From contig JBDHKN010000006.1 of NCBI GenBank assembly GCA_039586365.1, forward strand, positions 64,001 to 128,000: 64,000 nucleotides of DNA, written 5' to 3'. Below are positions 45,331 to 55,755 of this stretch, in pieces. Both the position numbers and the translations under genes were made by a program. The stretch comes from Gemmatimonadota bacterium (GTDB lineage Bacteria; Gemmatimonadota; Gemmatimonadetes; Gemmatimonadales; GWC2-71-9). The notes under the pieces are model-generated. The model was not told the DNA's origin, did no database searches, and worked only from the letters and a program-made list of their open reading frames with translations. How positions within the stretch are numbered: the stretch's first letter is position 1; each line of letters starts with the position of its first letter.

Positions 45331-47060
45331 GATGGGCAACTCAGTAAAGTCTCTTTGTACCTACGGAAAGGTTCGTTGGTGGCGTCGGTAGCAATGGCGC
45401 GATCTATCCACTCACACGCTCGAACCATGTCTGTCGACTCGTACGACTCTGCCATTATCTGTGCCGCTCGGCCACGCAGCGTTCGAGACAGCGATGTGGC
45501 CCCGAATATCTCCAGCAGCCGTTGGCGCGCTGTGTCGATGCCCTGCGGGTTTCCAACCTGCCTTCCCAGCATGATGAGTTCTTGTTCCAGAGCGGCTTCG
45601 TCGATCACATTGGGGGGCACCGCTGCGGCCGATTCAGGTCGTCCGGTCGGCACCGTTCTGCTGGTATCCGGCTGATCGGTACGCCCGCCAACATCTGGCT
45701 GGCCGGTGCGGCCTGCACCCTCAGGCTCGCTTTGCAGCGTGCTCTCCGGTGCGGTGCCAGTCGGCAGTGACAAGGCGGCCACCTGAGTGCTGTCTTGGGG
45801 CTCGGCCTGCTGGCCGTCGTCGCCACCGGTCAAGGCCACCGCCACCAGCCCCGCTGCCGTCGCGACAATCACAGTTGAGGCAGCGATCATCACCACCGGC
45901 CGCTTCTTCTTTGCTGGCGCCTGCACGCGCGTGCGCGGCAGGGGTGTCTCGGGGGTGGTGGGGGTCCTCCGTCCTTCGGCGCCGCGGTCACCCAGGGCCA
46001 CCGTCGGCTTCGCTTGCGAGATCCGGGTCTGCTTCAACTGCTCGGTAGCCCCTTGATCCGAGGGCTGGGAGTCCAGTAATTGAGTTGCCCCATCAGTGGC
46101 AGTAGCGGCCGACGGCACCCCACTCACCGCCCGCACCACATCGTTGGCGAACTCGCTAGCCTTGGCGTACCGATCATTCGGCATCCGTCCCAAAGCCCGG
46201 TTCATCACGTTCTGCAGATGCTCCGGGAAATTGGCGCCCGGGAGGGCATCGTTCAGCCTGGTCGGTTCATCCGTGAGCCGCTTGATCATCACCTCTTGGG
46301 CGTTGTCAGCCTCAAACGGAAGTCGGCCGGTCAGGATACGGAACAGCACCAAAGCCAGCGAATAGATGTCACTCCGCCCATCCAACACGTCCCCTGAGAG
46401 TTGTTCGGGGCTCATGTATTCGGGCGTCCCCACCACTAGACCGGTGCGGGTCACCTTCTGACCTTCCTCACCGCCCATGGCCTTGGCGATCCCGAAGTCG
46501 ACGACCTTTACCACATCGCCGCCGTCCCGTCCCTTGGTGATCATTATGTTATCGGGTTTCAGATCGCGATGAACGATTCCCAAATCGTGGGCTGCCTGTA
46601 GCGCGTCACCCACTTGACGGGTTATCGTGGCTGCTCGGAGAGGTCCCAATGGTCCTTCTCTTCTCAGGAGGTCCGATAGCGACTCCCCGTCGATATACTC
46701 CATGGCCAGGAAGATCACTCCTTCGGGCGTCTCGCCGAAGTCGTAAATAGCACACACATTGCCATGACTGATGCGAGCTGCGTTGGCGGCTTCGCGATTG
46801 AATCGGGCGATAGCCTCGGTGTCCTGGGCCAGTGCTTGAGTTAGCACTTTGATGGCGCTCTTCCTGCCCATCTTCACATGCTCTCCAAGATACACCGCCC
46901 CCATGCCGCCTTCGCCGAGCTTTTGGAGTATGTGGAATTTCCCGTCAATGATGCTGCCGATCAGGCTGGTACCTTCGGCGGCCCTCAGGGGAGACCCGTC
47001 ACTGGGGCAGAACTTGGTGTCGTCGGGCCACGCCGCCCCGCAAGTTGTGCAGGTCTTCAC
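45327..47060 (-). CDS. Hanks-type Ser/Thr kinase with N-terminal Zn-ribbon-like motif and TM helix
   Basis: LGEGGMGAVY, HRDLKPDN, DFGIAK, GTPEYMSPE. Confidence 0.95.
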   Translation of the reverse strand: MKTCTTCGAAWPDDTKFCPSDGSPLRAAEGTSLIGSIIDGKFHILQKLGEGGMGAVYLGEHVKMGRKSAIKVLTQALAQDTEAIARFNREAANAARISHGNVCAIYDFGETPEGVIFLAMEYIDGESLSDLLRREGPLGPLRAATITRQVGDALQAAHDLGIVHRDLKPDNIMITKGRDGGDVVKVVDFGIAKAMGGEEGQKVTRTGLVVGTPEYMSPEQLSGDVLDGRSDIYSLALVLFRILTGRLPFEADNAQEVMIKRLTDEPTRLNDALPGANFPEHLQNVMNRALGRMPNDRYAKASEFANDVVRAVSGVPSAATATDGATQLLDSQPSDQGATEQLKQTRISQAKPTVALGDRGAEGRRTPTTPETPLPRTRVQAPAKKKRPVVMIAASTVIVATAAGLVAVALTGGDDGQQAEPQDSTQVAALSLPTGTAPESTLQSEPEGAGRTGQPDVGGRTDQPDTSRTVPTGRPESAAAVPPNVIDEAALEQELIMLGRQVGNPQGIDTARQRLLEIFGATSLSRTLRGRAAQIMAESYESTDMVRACEWIDRAIATDATNEPFRRYKETLLSCPS

Positions 47061-48085
47061 AGTGCTTCGAGCCGAATCATCTTGTCACCGATAAGGAATC
47101 GAGATCCATTTTGCAGTGGCACCTCCCCACGTGCAGAGACCGCTACACCATTGCGGCTACCCGCATCCACGGCTATGAAATCTGCATCCTCAGACCGCAA
47201 CTCCGCGTGCAGGCCGCTCATGGAGGGGTCGTACGGAAAGAGCCAGTCGCCGCTCTCACGGCCGATTCCGATGTTGCGCCCCGGTGAAAGATGCACTGCG
47301 TCGCGTTGCGACCCATCACTACGTAGCTGCACCAATCTCGCGATGTCGGCACTCGGCACCAGGCTGCCCATGCGTCGCGTTTGGTCCCGTTCAGGTGGGT
47401 GAGGACCGGGGTAGCCCAGCCGGCGGAATAGCAGGACCTGTGAACCGACCAGCAATATGTCTCCGTCGGACAACCGGTGCGGCTCAGTAATGAAGATCCA
47501 AGTCCCATTGCGGCTGCCCAAGTCTCTGATGAAGAACTGCCCTTCTCGCAAGTGGATCTGGGCATGGAGGGGTGACATGAACGGATCGTCCTTGAACTCG
47601 ATGTCGGCCCCGGCTCTCCCGATAGTGGTATCCGGTCCTACCAGAGAGTGCCGCCCGATGACCTCGCCCGATTCGTCCAGCACCACCAGGTCGCCGGGTG
47701 CGTCGACGCGTTGAGCTGCGAACGCTGACGTACGGCCGGAGTCGGCGGCGGAGCCGATCCCCTTGCCGCAGGCGGCGCAGAATTGGGCACCTTGTGGGAG
47801 CGTGGTGCCGCAATTGGGGCACGCTGAGCTCTCATCTTTGGGAGTCTTGATCCTCTTGCCACATTTGGGGCAGAAAGGAAGGCCGGGAATCACGTTGTTG
47901 CCGCAAGAAGGGCAAACGACGGGCCCTGAGGCGGCGGGCTGACGACCCACCGGTGCCTTGACCGGATTCGAGGATTTCATGACTGGTGGTACCGAGGGAC
48001 GAGGATGATCGACCGGCTTTCCGCAGTCCTCACAGAACTTGGATCGCTCGTCGTTCTCTCGGCCACAGTGAGCGCAAATGCGCAC
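47057..48085 (-). CDS. Zn-ribbon repeats + two FHA domains
   Basis: Three CxxC...FCxxCG ribbons; IGR...MSPLHA...DLGSRNGT and IGR...MSGLHA...GSRNG. Confidence 0.88.
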   Translation of the reverse strand: MRICAHCGRENDERSKFCEDCGKPVDHPRPSVPPVMKSSNPVKAPVGRQPAASGPVVCPSCGNNVIPGLPFCPKCGKRIKTPKDESSACPNCGTTLPQGAQFCAACGKGIGSAADSGRTSAFAAQRVDAPGDLVVLDESGEVIGRHSLVGPDTTIGRAGADIEFKDDPFMSPLHAQIHLREGQFFIRDLGSRNGTWIFITEPHRLSDGDILLVGSQVLLFRRLGYPGPHPPERDQTRRMGSLVPSADIARLVQLRSDGSQRDAVHLSPGRNIGIGRESGDWLFPYDPSMSGLHAELRSEDADFIAVDAGSRNGVAVSARGEVPLQNGSRFLIGDKMIRLEAL

Positions 48086-48205
48086 GCGATGGACCGCTCC
48101 AGGTTGAGGTGTGATGGGAACCGAGCCAATCTACTGCCGCGAAAAATCGCGGTCAACTGAAGCTGAATTGACGTAGCTCATTGAATTTATGTAGGTTCCG
48201 CGACC

Positions 48206-50125
48206 ATGGCACGTCCCATTGCGGCCGCTAGCGTAATCTCGACCTGTCTTTGGGGGGGTGCATGCGCGGGGCCCGCCTCTCCCTACCAACCAGCTCCCAC
48301 GGAGTCTTTGTCTCCCCTGCCCGCACCTCCTGGTGACTCGGGTGTTCTGGAGTTGACAGTTGTCTATCCACCAGCGGGAATGCCGGTAGCGGGTCCCGGG
48401 GAGCACTTGGCAGTGGCGACCGATTCCGGCTACCGTATCCGGAGCGGCGATTCCGCATTCGTGTTCGGCAGTGCCGGGAGGGTGGATGCTCGGGTCACGG
48501 TCAACGGTGAGCCAGTGGCTGTGTACCCAACGGGGGGCTGGCTCGCCTGGCTGCCGCTGCCCAGCGACACCATCGCTCGCTTCGAGATCGTGGCGGCGGC
48601 CGGCGGTGATACCGCAGCCATACACCTGGTGGCACCGGTCGCAAGGCCCTTCAGCCCGTCAGTGCTGCCTGTGTGGATCGACACGACATCGCTCTCTCCG
48701 CGTGGTGACCTTTGGACCCGGCCCGGTGAGGGTGTGAGGCTGTCGTTGCGGGCGAGTCCTGATGCTTCGGTTCGGGGCCTGTTGAGCCAGGGTGACTCGA
48801 TTGAGTTCATTCCCGCTGCAACTCCAGGTACGTATCTGGCGTGGTGGCCCCATGCGCTGGGGCCACACGGTGGCTCGGTGTTGGCTCCAAATCCAATCCC
48901 CGAACCGTCGGACACAGCTTGGATGAAGGTGATCGCAGTGATCGGGTCGGATACGGCCCGCACTCGGTGGCCCCTCCGAGTGACCAAAATCGATCTCGAC
49001 TCCCCCAGTGTGATAGAGATCAACGACGATCCGGCCGGTGACGGGAGGACTGACGGCATCCTGGCCGGGCGTCCGACACCGTTCGGTACGTATAACTGGT
49101 TCTTCCCCAATGGAACGACCGCCACGGTCAGTGGCCGCAACAACAGTCAAGTTCGGCTGCAACTCTCGCAGTCCAGTGCTGCCTGGGTTGATGTGACAGG
49201 GGTAAAACCGCTCCCGGCGGGAACACCACCTCTCCTCGGAACCGTGCTGCCGCTGCGGTTGCAGCCGCACGATGAGTCGGTCGTGCTCAGGATCCCGTTG
49301 CCGGGACCAATACCCTTCCGGGTGGATGAGGACGCGCACGATCTGCGACTCATGCTATATGGCGTGGCCGCTGACATGGATTGGATCCATTACGGCGGTA
49401 ATGATCCTCTTGTCCGTTTGATCGTGTTTTCGCAACCACGGGAAGACGAAACTGTGGTGACTGTCTCGCTGTCAACAGAGGTGTGGGGTTACCGAACTCT
49501 GTGGGATGGCAATGATCTACTGTTCGAAGTGCGACGCCCTCCTCAGATCAACCCGCGGCGTCCTCTCGAAGCACAGGTCATTGCCCTGGACGCGGGCCAT
49601 CCACCGCTCGGCGCAACTGGGCCCACCGGAGTAAGGGAACCCGACGTTACACTGGGTGTTGCACGCAAGGCAGCGGAGATCCTGGAGCGCTACGGTGCGC
49701 AGGTTGTCCTGACCCGCGATGGTGATGGGCCACTCGATCTGTTTCAGCGCACGAGAGCTGCGGAGGTTGCCGATGCCGTGCTACTGGTATCCATTCACGC
49801 GAACGCATTGCCCGACGGTGTGAATCCGTTCGTGAACAACGGAACTAGCGTGTTCTACTTCCATCCACGGAGCGTTGAGCTGGCAAGGGAACTGAACCGG
49901 GCTCTGGTGCGACAGTTTGGGTTTCCGGATCTGGGGATCGGTCGCGGCGATCTGGCTCTCGCTCGTCCGACCTGGATGCCTGCGGCCTTGACCGAAGGAT
50001 TGTTCCTGATGATCCCTGAACAGGAGGCAGTACTGGCTAGCGAAGCGGGCCAATTGCGCTACGCTCGGGGCATCGTAGATGGAATCGCAGCGTTCTTGAG
50101 GCAACATTCGGTCCGCGGGAACTGA
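48206..50125 (+). CDS. N-acetylmuramoyl-L-alanine amidase (Amidase_3), probable lipoprotein
   Basis: LDAGH...E, VSIHANA, PAALTE in the C-terminal domain. Confidence 0.88.
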   Translation: MARPIAAASVISTCLWGGACAGPASPYQPAPTESLSPLPAPPGDSGVLELTVVYPPAGMPVAGPGEHLAVATDSGYRIRSGDSAFVFGSAGRVDARVTVNGEPVAVYPTGGWLAWLPLPSDTIARFEIVAAAGGDTAAIHLVAPVARPFSPSVLPVWIDTTSLSPRGDLWTRPGEGVRLSLRASPDASVRGLLSQGDSIEFIPAATPGTYLAWWPHALGPHGGSVLAPNPIPEPSDTAWMKVIAVIGSDTARTRWPLRVTKIDLDSPSVIEINDDPAGDGRTDGILAGRPTPFGTYNWFFPNGTTATVSGRNNSQVRLQLSQSSAAWVDVTGVKPLPAGTPPLLGTVLPLRLQPHDESVVLRIPLPGPIPFRVDEDAHDLRLMLYGVAADMDWIHYGGNDPLVRLIVFSQPREDETVVTVSLSTEVWGYRTLWDGNDLLFEVRRPPQINPRRPLEAQVIALDAGHPPLGATGPTGVREPDVTLGVARKAAEILERYGAQVVLTRDGDGPLDLFQRTRAAEVADAVLLVSIHANALPDGVNPFVNNGTSVFYFHPRSVELARELNRALVRQFGFPDLGIGRGDLALARPTWMPAALTEGLFLMIPEQEAVLASEAGQLRYARGIVDGIAAFLRQHSVRGN

Positions 50126-50126
50126 T

Positions 50127-52946
50127 GTGATACGCTGGATAGCTGCGCTGACCTTCATTGCCTCGGGCTGGCTGAATAACGCGGCTGCTGCACAGATAGA
50201 CCCGGGTGGCACCTGGCGCACTTGGCGCACAGAGCACTTCCGGGTGCACGCCAAGGCTGAGTACTCGCAACAGGCCCTGGTCGCCGCCGGTGAAGCCGAG
50301 CGGGCCTACGGCCTGCTGGCCACGGAACTAAGGCCTCCTCGCGGCACCGTGGATGTGGTGCTTGGTGACGATGTGGATTTCTCCAACGGGTATGCAACCG
50401 TGTTTCCCTCCAACCGGCTGGTTGTCTACCTGACTCCTCCGTCCAGTACTATCTCGACTGGGCCCTACGACGTCTGGCTGCGGCTGGTGCTGACGCATGA
50501 ACTCACCCACCTGTTTCATCTCGACCGAGCGGACGGTGTTTGGCAGGTGTTACAGACTCTGTTCGGCCGGGCTCCAGGCCTGTTCCCCAACACATATCAA
50601 CCTACCTGGGTAACGGAGGGGATCGCGACATACTACGAGTCACGCTTTTCCTCGGCAGGTCGAATGCGGGGGTCATTCCACGATCAACTTCTGCTTGGTG
50701 CTGCTCGTGACAGTACCTGGCCAAATCCAGGTGACGCGACCGGAGTCAACCGGGTGTGGCCGGCCGGGGCTCGACCCTATGCGTGGGGATCTCGGTTCTT
50801 CGAGTCTCAGCGGCGGGAATTCGGAGACTCGATCATCCCGCGATTCATCGACCGGACCTCCCGGCAAGTGATTGTGTTCAACGTGGATAGCCCGGATAGG
50901 GCTGCGGGCGCCGCTGGAGTAGAGGCTACCTGGACACGCCTGCACCAAACGGCCACTGTGACAAGTGCGTCCTCCGAGGTTCTTGAACGGGGGCTCCGGG
51001 TCGAACCGAGTCCACGCGTATCGCCTGATGGCCGCCAACTGGTGTACCAGCGCTCCGATGGCAAGAATGCCGCACGGCTCGTGATCCTTGATCTCGGCGA
51101 CAATACGGTCAAGGCGACGAAGCGTATCAACTCGTTGGCTGGCCTTGCTTGGAGTGACAGTGGCATCTACTTCACCCAGTTGGATTACGCCTCACCCGTA
51201 CAGATCCGCAGCGACCTCTATCTGTGGCGGCCAGCGGGCACCACCAGAAGGCTGTCTCGTGGTGCCCGGTACACCGACGTATTCACGCTGCCTGGTGGTG
51301 GGATCGGCATCGTGGGCTTGGAAAAGGGAACCAGGAGAGTATTCATCTCAGACCGCGAGGCGTCCGATGCAGTGGGTTGCGCCGTTCCCAGAGCCGATGA
51401 TTGGGGCCGCTTCGCCGTATCGCCCGACGGGCGTTGGGTTGCTGCACCGCGCCATCACAACGGAAAATGGGACATTGCTTTGTGGCCATGGGGCCGCCCG
51501 GATGAGTTTCGCCTGATCACCGAAGATGGTGCGCTTGATGCCGATCCGGTCTGGGCCGACGGAGGCGAGACACTGCTGTTTTCCTCCGAGCGACTCGGTC
51601 TGCCGCAGATCTTCGTCCATGATTTGACCTCGCGTGATACCCGTGTCCTGACGCATGAGCCGACGGGAGCACGCGAACCGGCGCTGGCGGTTGACGGGAC
51701 TCTGGTCTATTCGACGGTTTTGGGTGACGGATATGCACTGGTGATGCAACGAGGATGGACCCCGTCCCGGGTCCCCGCCCGCCAGGAGACTATGCCTCCG
51801 TTCGTCGCACCCTCACTTGGTCGCGCGAGTGAGACAGGCTATTCCCCTTGGGGTACCCTTGCACCGCGTTACTGGATTCCGATCGGGCATGATGAGTCAG
51901 CCGCGGGGCTCTTCATGGGAGCGTTGACCAGCGGCTACGATGCTATAGGTCGCACGACGTACGCCGCATTGGCTACGGTGGCGCCAGGCACGGGACGCTG
52001 GGAGGCTCTGCTCTCCCTAACTTACACACGATGGCGGTCGTGGACTCTCGATCTGACCGCTGCGCAGACGTGGGATGGCGGCTATGCCGTCTCTAGCGAG
52101 GACATCCTTGTTCCGGTTTCGTTCAAGGAACACTCAGCGGAGCTGGGCCTGCGGCATAGGTGGCGCCGCTGGCGCACAGCAGCCGAGGTGCGCGTTGCGA
52201 CGTTCTTAGAGCGAGATCTGCTCGTCAACGACGGAGCCGATCCGCTGCCTTTCAATCCGTCGAACCCGGCCTATGCAGGGGGCAAACTCTCCGCTAGTGT
52301 GTCTCACTACGATCGGCCAGCTCTTGCCATCTCCCCCGAAAACGGAGCCTCTGCCAGCGGCGTTTACATGAGGCGGAGGGAGCTGGCAGGGCCAGGGTGG
52401 TCGTATGAACTGAGAGGCGGACTCAATGGATACCTCGCACTGCCTCTGCCCGGATTCGCCCACTGGGTTGTAGCTGGCAGGGTGACAGCCGGGATGTCAG
52501 GTGGATCCAATCCCACCGTGTTTGCGGTTGGGGGCGAGTCGGGATCTTTGTTCGAGTTGGTACCCGGCACGACCGTTGGCAGCGGTCGGCGCACCTTTCC
52601 GTTGCGCGGCTACGACGAAGACGGCCGCTTCACCCGTGCCACGGTTGCCTTGCTGGAACTGCGTATCCCGCTGCTGTTGGCGGGCAAAGGAGTGGGGAAG
52701 CTCCCCCTCCTAGTGGACAATATCTCGGCGAATCTGTTCGGTGAGATTGGTGGCGGCTGGAACGAAGGTGAAGAGGCGCAACCGACTGCGCTGGCTGATG
52801 TGGGCGGTGAGTTGGTGGCTGATCTGGGTGTGGGCGCTGGGCTTGCACTGCGCGCGCGGGTCGGCTGGGCCGTGGCTCTGAAAGCGCGGCACGGATCCGA
52901 GAGAGGCCACTCCCGGTTGTATCTCGCCTTCGGATCTTCCTTCTAG
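50127..52946 (+). CDS. HExxH domain + TolB-like beta-propeller + Omp85-like barrel protein
   Basis: Signal peptide; HELTH...EGIA; SPDG repeats; FPLRGY; C-terminal Phe. Confidence 0.75.
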   Translation: MIRWIAALTFIASGWLNNAAAAQIDPGGTWRTWRTEHFRVHAKAEYSQQALVAAGEAERAYGLLATELRPPRGTVDVVLGDDVDFSNGYATVFPSNRLVVYLTPPSSTISTGPYDVWLRLVLTHELTHLFHLDRADGVWQVLQTLFGRAPGLFPNTYQPTWVTEGIATYYESRFSSAGRMRGSFHDQLLLGAARDSTWPNPGDATGVNRVWPAGARPYAWGSRFFESQRREFGDSIIPRFIDRTSRQVIVFNVDSPDRAAGAAGVEATWTRLHQTATVTSASSEVLERGLRVEPSPRVSPDGRQLVYQRSDGKNAARLVILDLGDNTVKATKRINSLAGLAWSDSGIYFTQLDYASPVQIRSDLYLWRPAGTTRRLSRGARYTDVFTLPGGGIGIVGLEKGTRRVFISDREASDAVGCAVPRADDWGRFAVSPDGRWVAAPRHHNGKWDIALWPWGRPDEFRLITEDGALDADPVWADGGETLLFSSERLGLPQIFVHDLTSRDTRVLTHEPTGAREPALAVDGTLVYSTVLGDGYALVMQRGWTPSRVPARQETMPPFVAPSLGRASETGYSPWGTLAPRYWIPIGHDESAAGLFMGALTSGYDAIGRTTYAALATVAPGTGRWEALLSLTYTRWRSWTLDLTAAQTWDGGYAVSSEDILVPVSFKEHSAELGLRHRWRRWRTAAEVRVATFLERDLLVNDGADPLPFNPSNPAYAGGKLSASVSHYDRPALAISPENGASASGVYMRRRELAGPGWSYELRGGLNGYLALPLPGFAHWVVAGRVTAGMSGGSNPTVFAVGGESGSLFELVPGTTVGSGRRTFPLRGYDEDGRFTRATVALLELRIPLLLAGKGVGKLPLLVDNISANLFGEIGGGWNEGEEAQPTALADVGGELVADLGVGAGLALRARVGWAVALKARHGSERGHSRLYLAFGSSF

Positions 52947-52987
52947 CGAATGGAACCTGCGACAAACGGCAGCGGTTCCTTCCTGGC

Positions 52988-53016
52988 TTGCTACGCACTA
53001 GCGGATTCCCTATGTT
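52988..53016 (+). promoter_or_regulatory. Sigma70-like promoter
   Basis: TTGCTA-N17-TATGTT upstream of ATG 53041. Confidence 0.5.
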
Positions 53017-53040
53017 GAAATTTCTAGAAACGATATAGGT

Positions 53041-55047
<2,007 letters not shown>

Positions 55048-55058
55048 TAGTCCTGCGA

Positions 55059-55574
55059 GTGATTGACCCCACCGCGTTTGTCGCCCCCGGAGCCAAGGTT
55101 CTCGGAGACGTGAGCCTGGGCAAGGAGGCCAGCGTTTGGTATAACTCGGTGGTGCGTGGGGATATGGCGCCCATCCGGATTGGAGATCAGACCAACATCC
55201 AAGACCTGTCGCTGTTGCACGTGGACGAGGGCCTCCCTTGTGTTGTGGGGCGGCGGGTGGGTGTCGGACACCGGGTGATACTTCATGGATGCACAGTAGA
55301 AGACGAATGTCTGGTTGGGATGGGCGCGGTTCTCTTGAATGGGGTCCGCGTGGGCACTGGCTCGATAGTGGGTGCGGCTGCCTTGCTGACAGAGGGCATG
55401 GAGGTGCCGCCCGGGTCGGTAGTTCTTGGAGTGCCCGCTCGGGTCGTGCGCCCGGTCGATGACGATCTAAGAGAGAGGATTCGAATCACCTGGCAACACT
55501 ATGTTGTGCAGGCGCGCGCGCATCGGTTGGGTCGAGTTGTCAGACACGGCAATTCAACTGCAACAGATTTGTGA
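55059..55574 (+). CDS. Gamma carbonic anhydrase family (hexapeptide repeat) protein
   Basis: IDPTAFVAP, RGD, NIQD..LH, VGH..ILHGC; start GTG 55059. Confidence 0.92.
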   Translation: MIDPTAFVAPGAKVLGDVSLGKEASVWYNSVVRGDMAPIRIGDQTNIQDLSLLHVDEGLPCVVGRRVGVGHRVILHGCTVEDECLVGMGAVLLNGVRVGTGSIVGAAALLTEGMEVPPGSVVLGVPARVVRPVDDDLRERIRITWQHYVVQARAHRLGRVVRHGNSTATDL

Positions 55575-55755
55575 TGTGGATTAGGGAATCCTCGCGGCAC
55601 TAGTCCCGTTCCAATCCTACTTGCGCGGCAAGCTTAACCAGCTAGTTTGGTTCTCCGCGGCGCGAACGTGGGCCACTGAGTTTGTCCGTCTGAATTTCGC
55701 CTAAATTTCGATTGTCACAGCGACTCCTCACCACCTGCAGGGGGCAGCAGCATCA

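Noticed and set aside
55575..55755. NrdR box or cobalamin riboswitch upstream of nrdJ
   Set aside because: Only a weak palindrome (AACCA-N7-TGGTT); no convincing NrdR consensus or B12-box.
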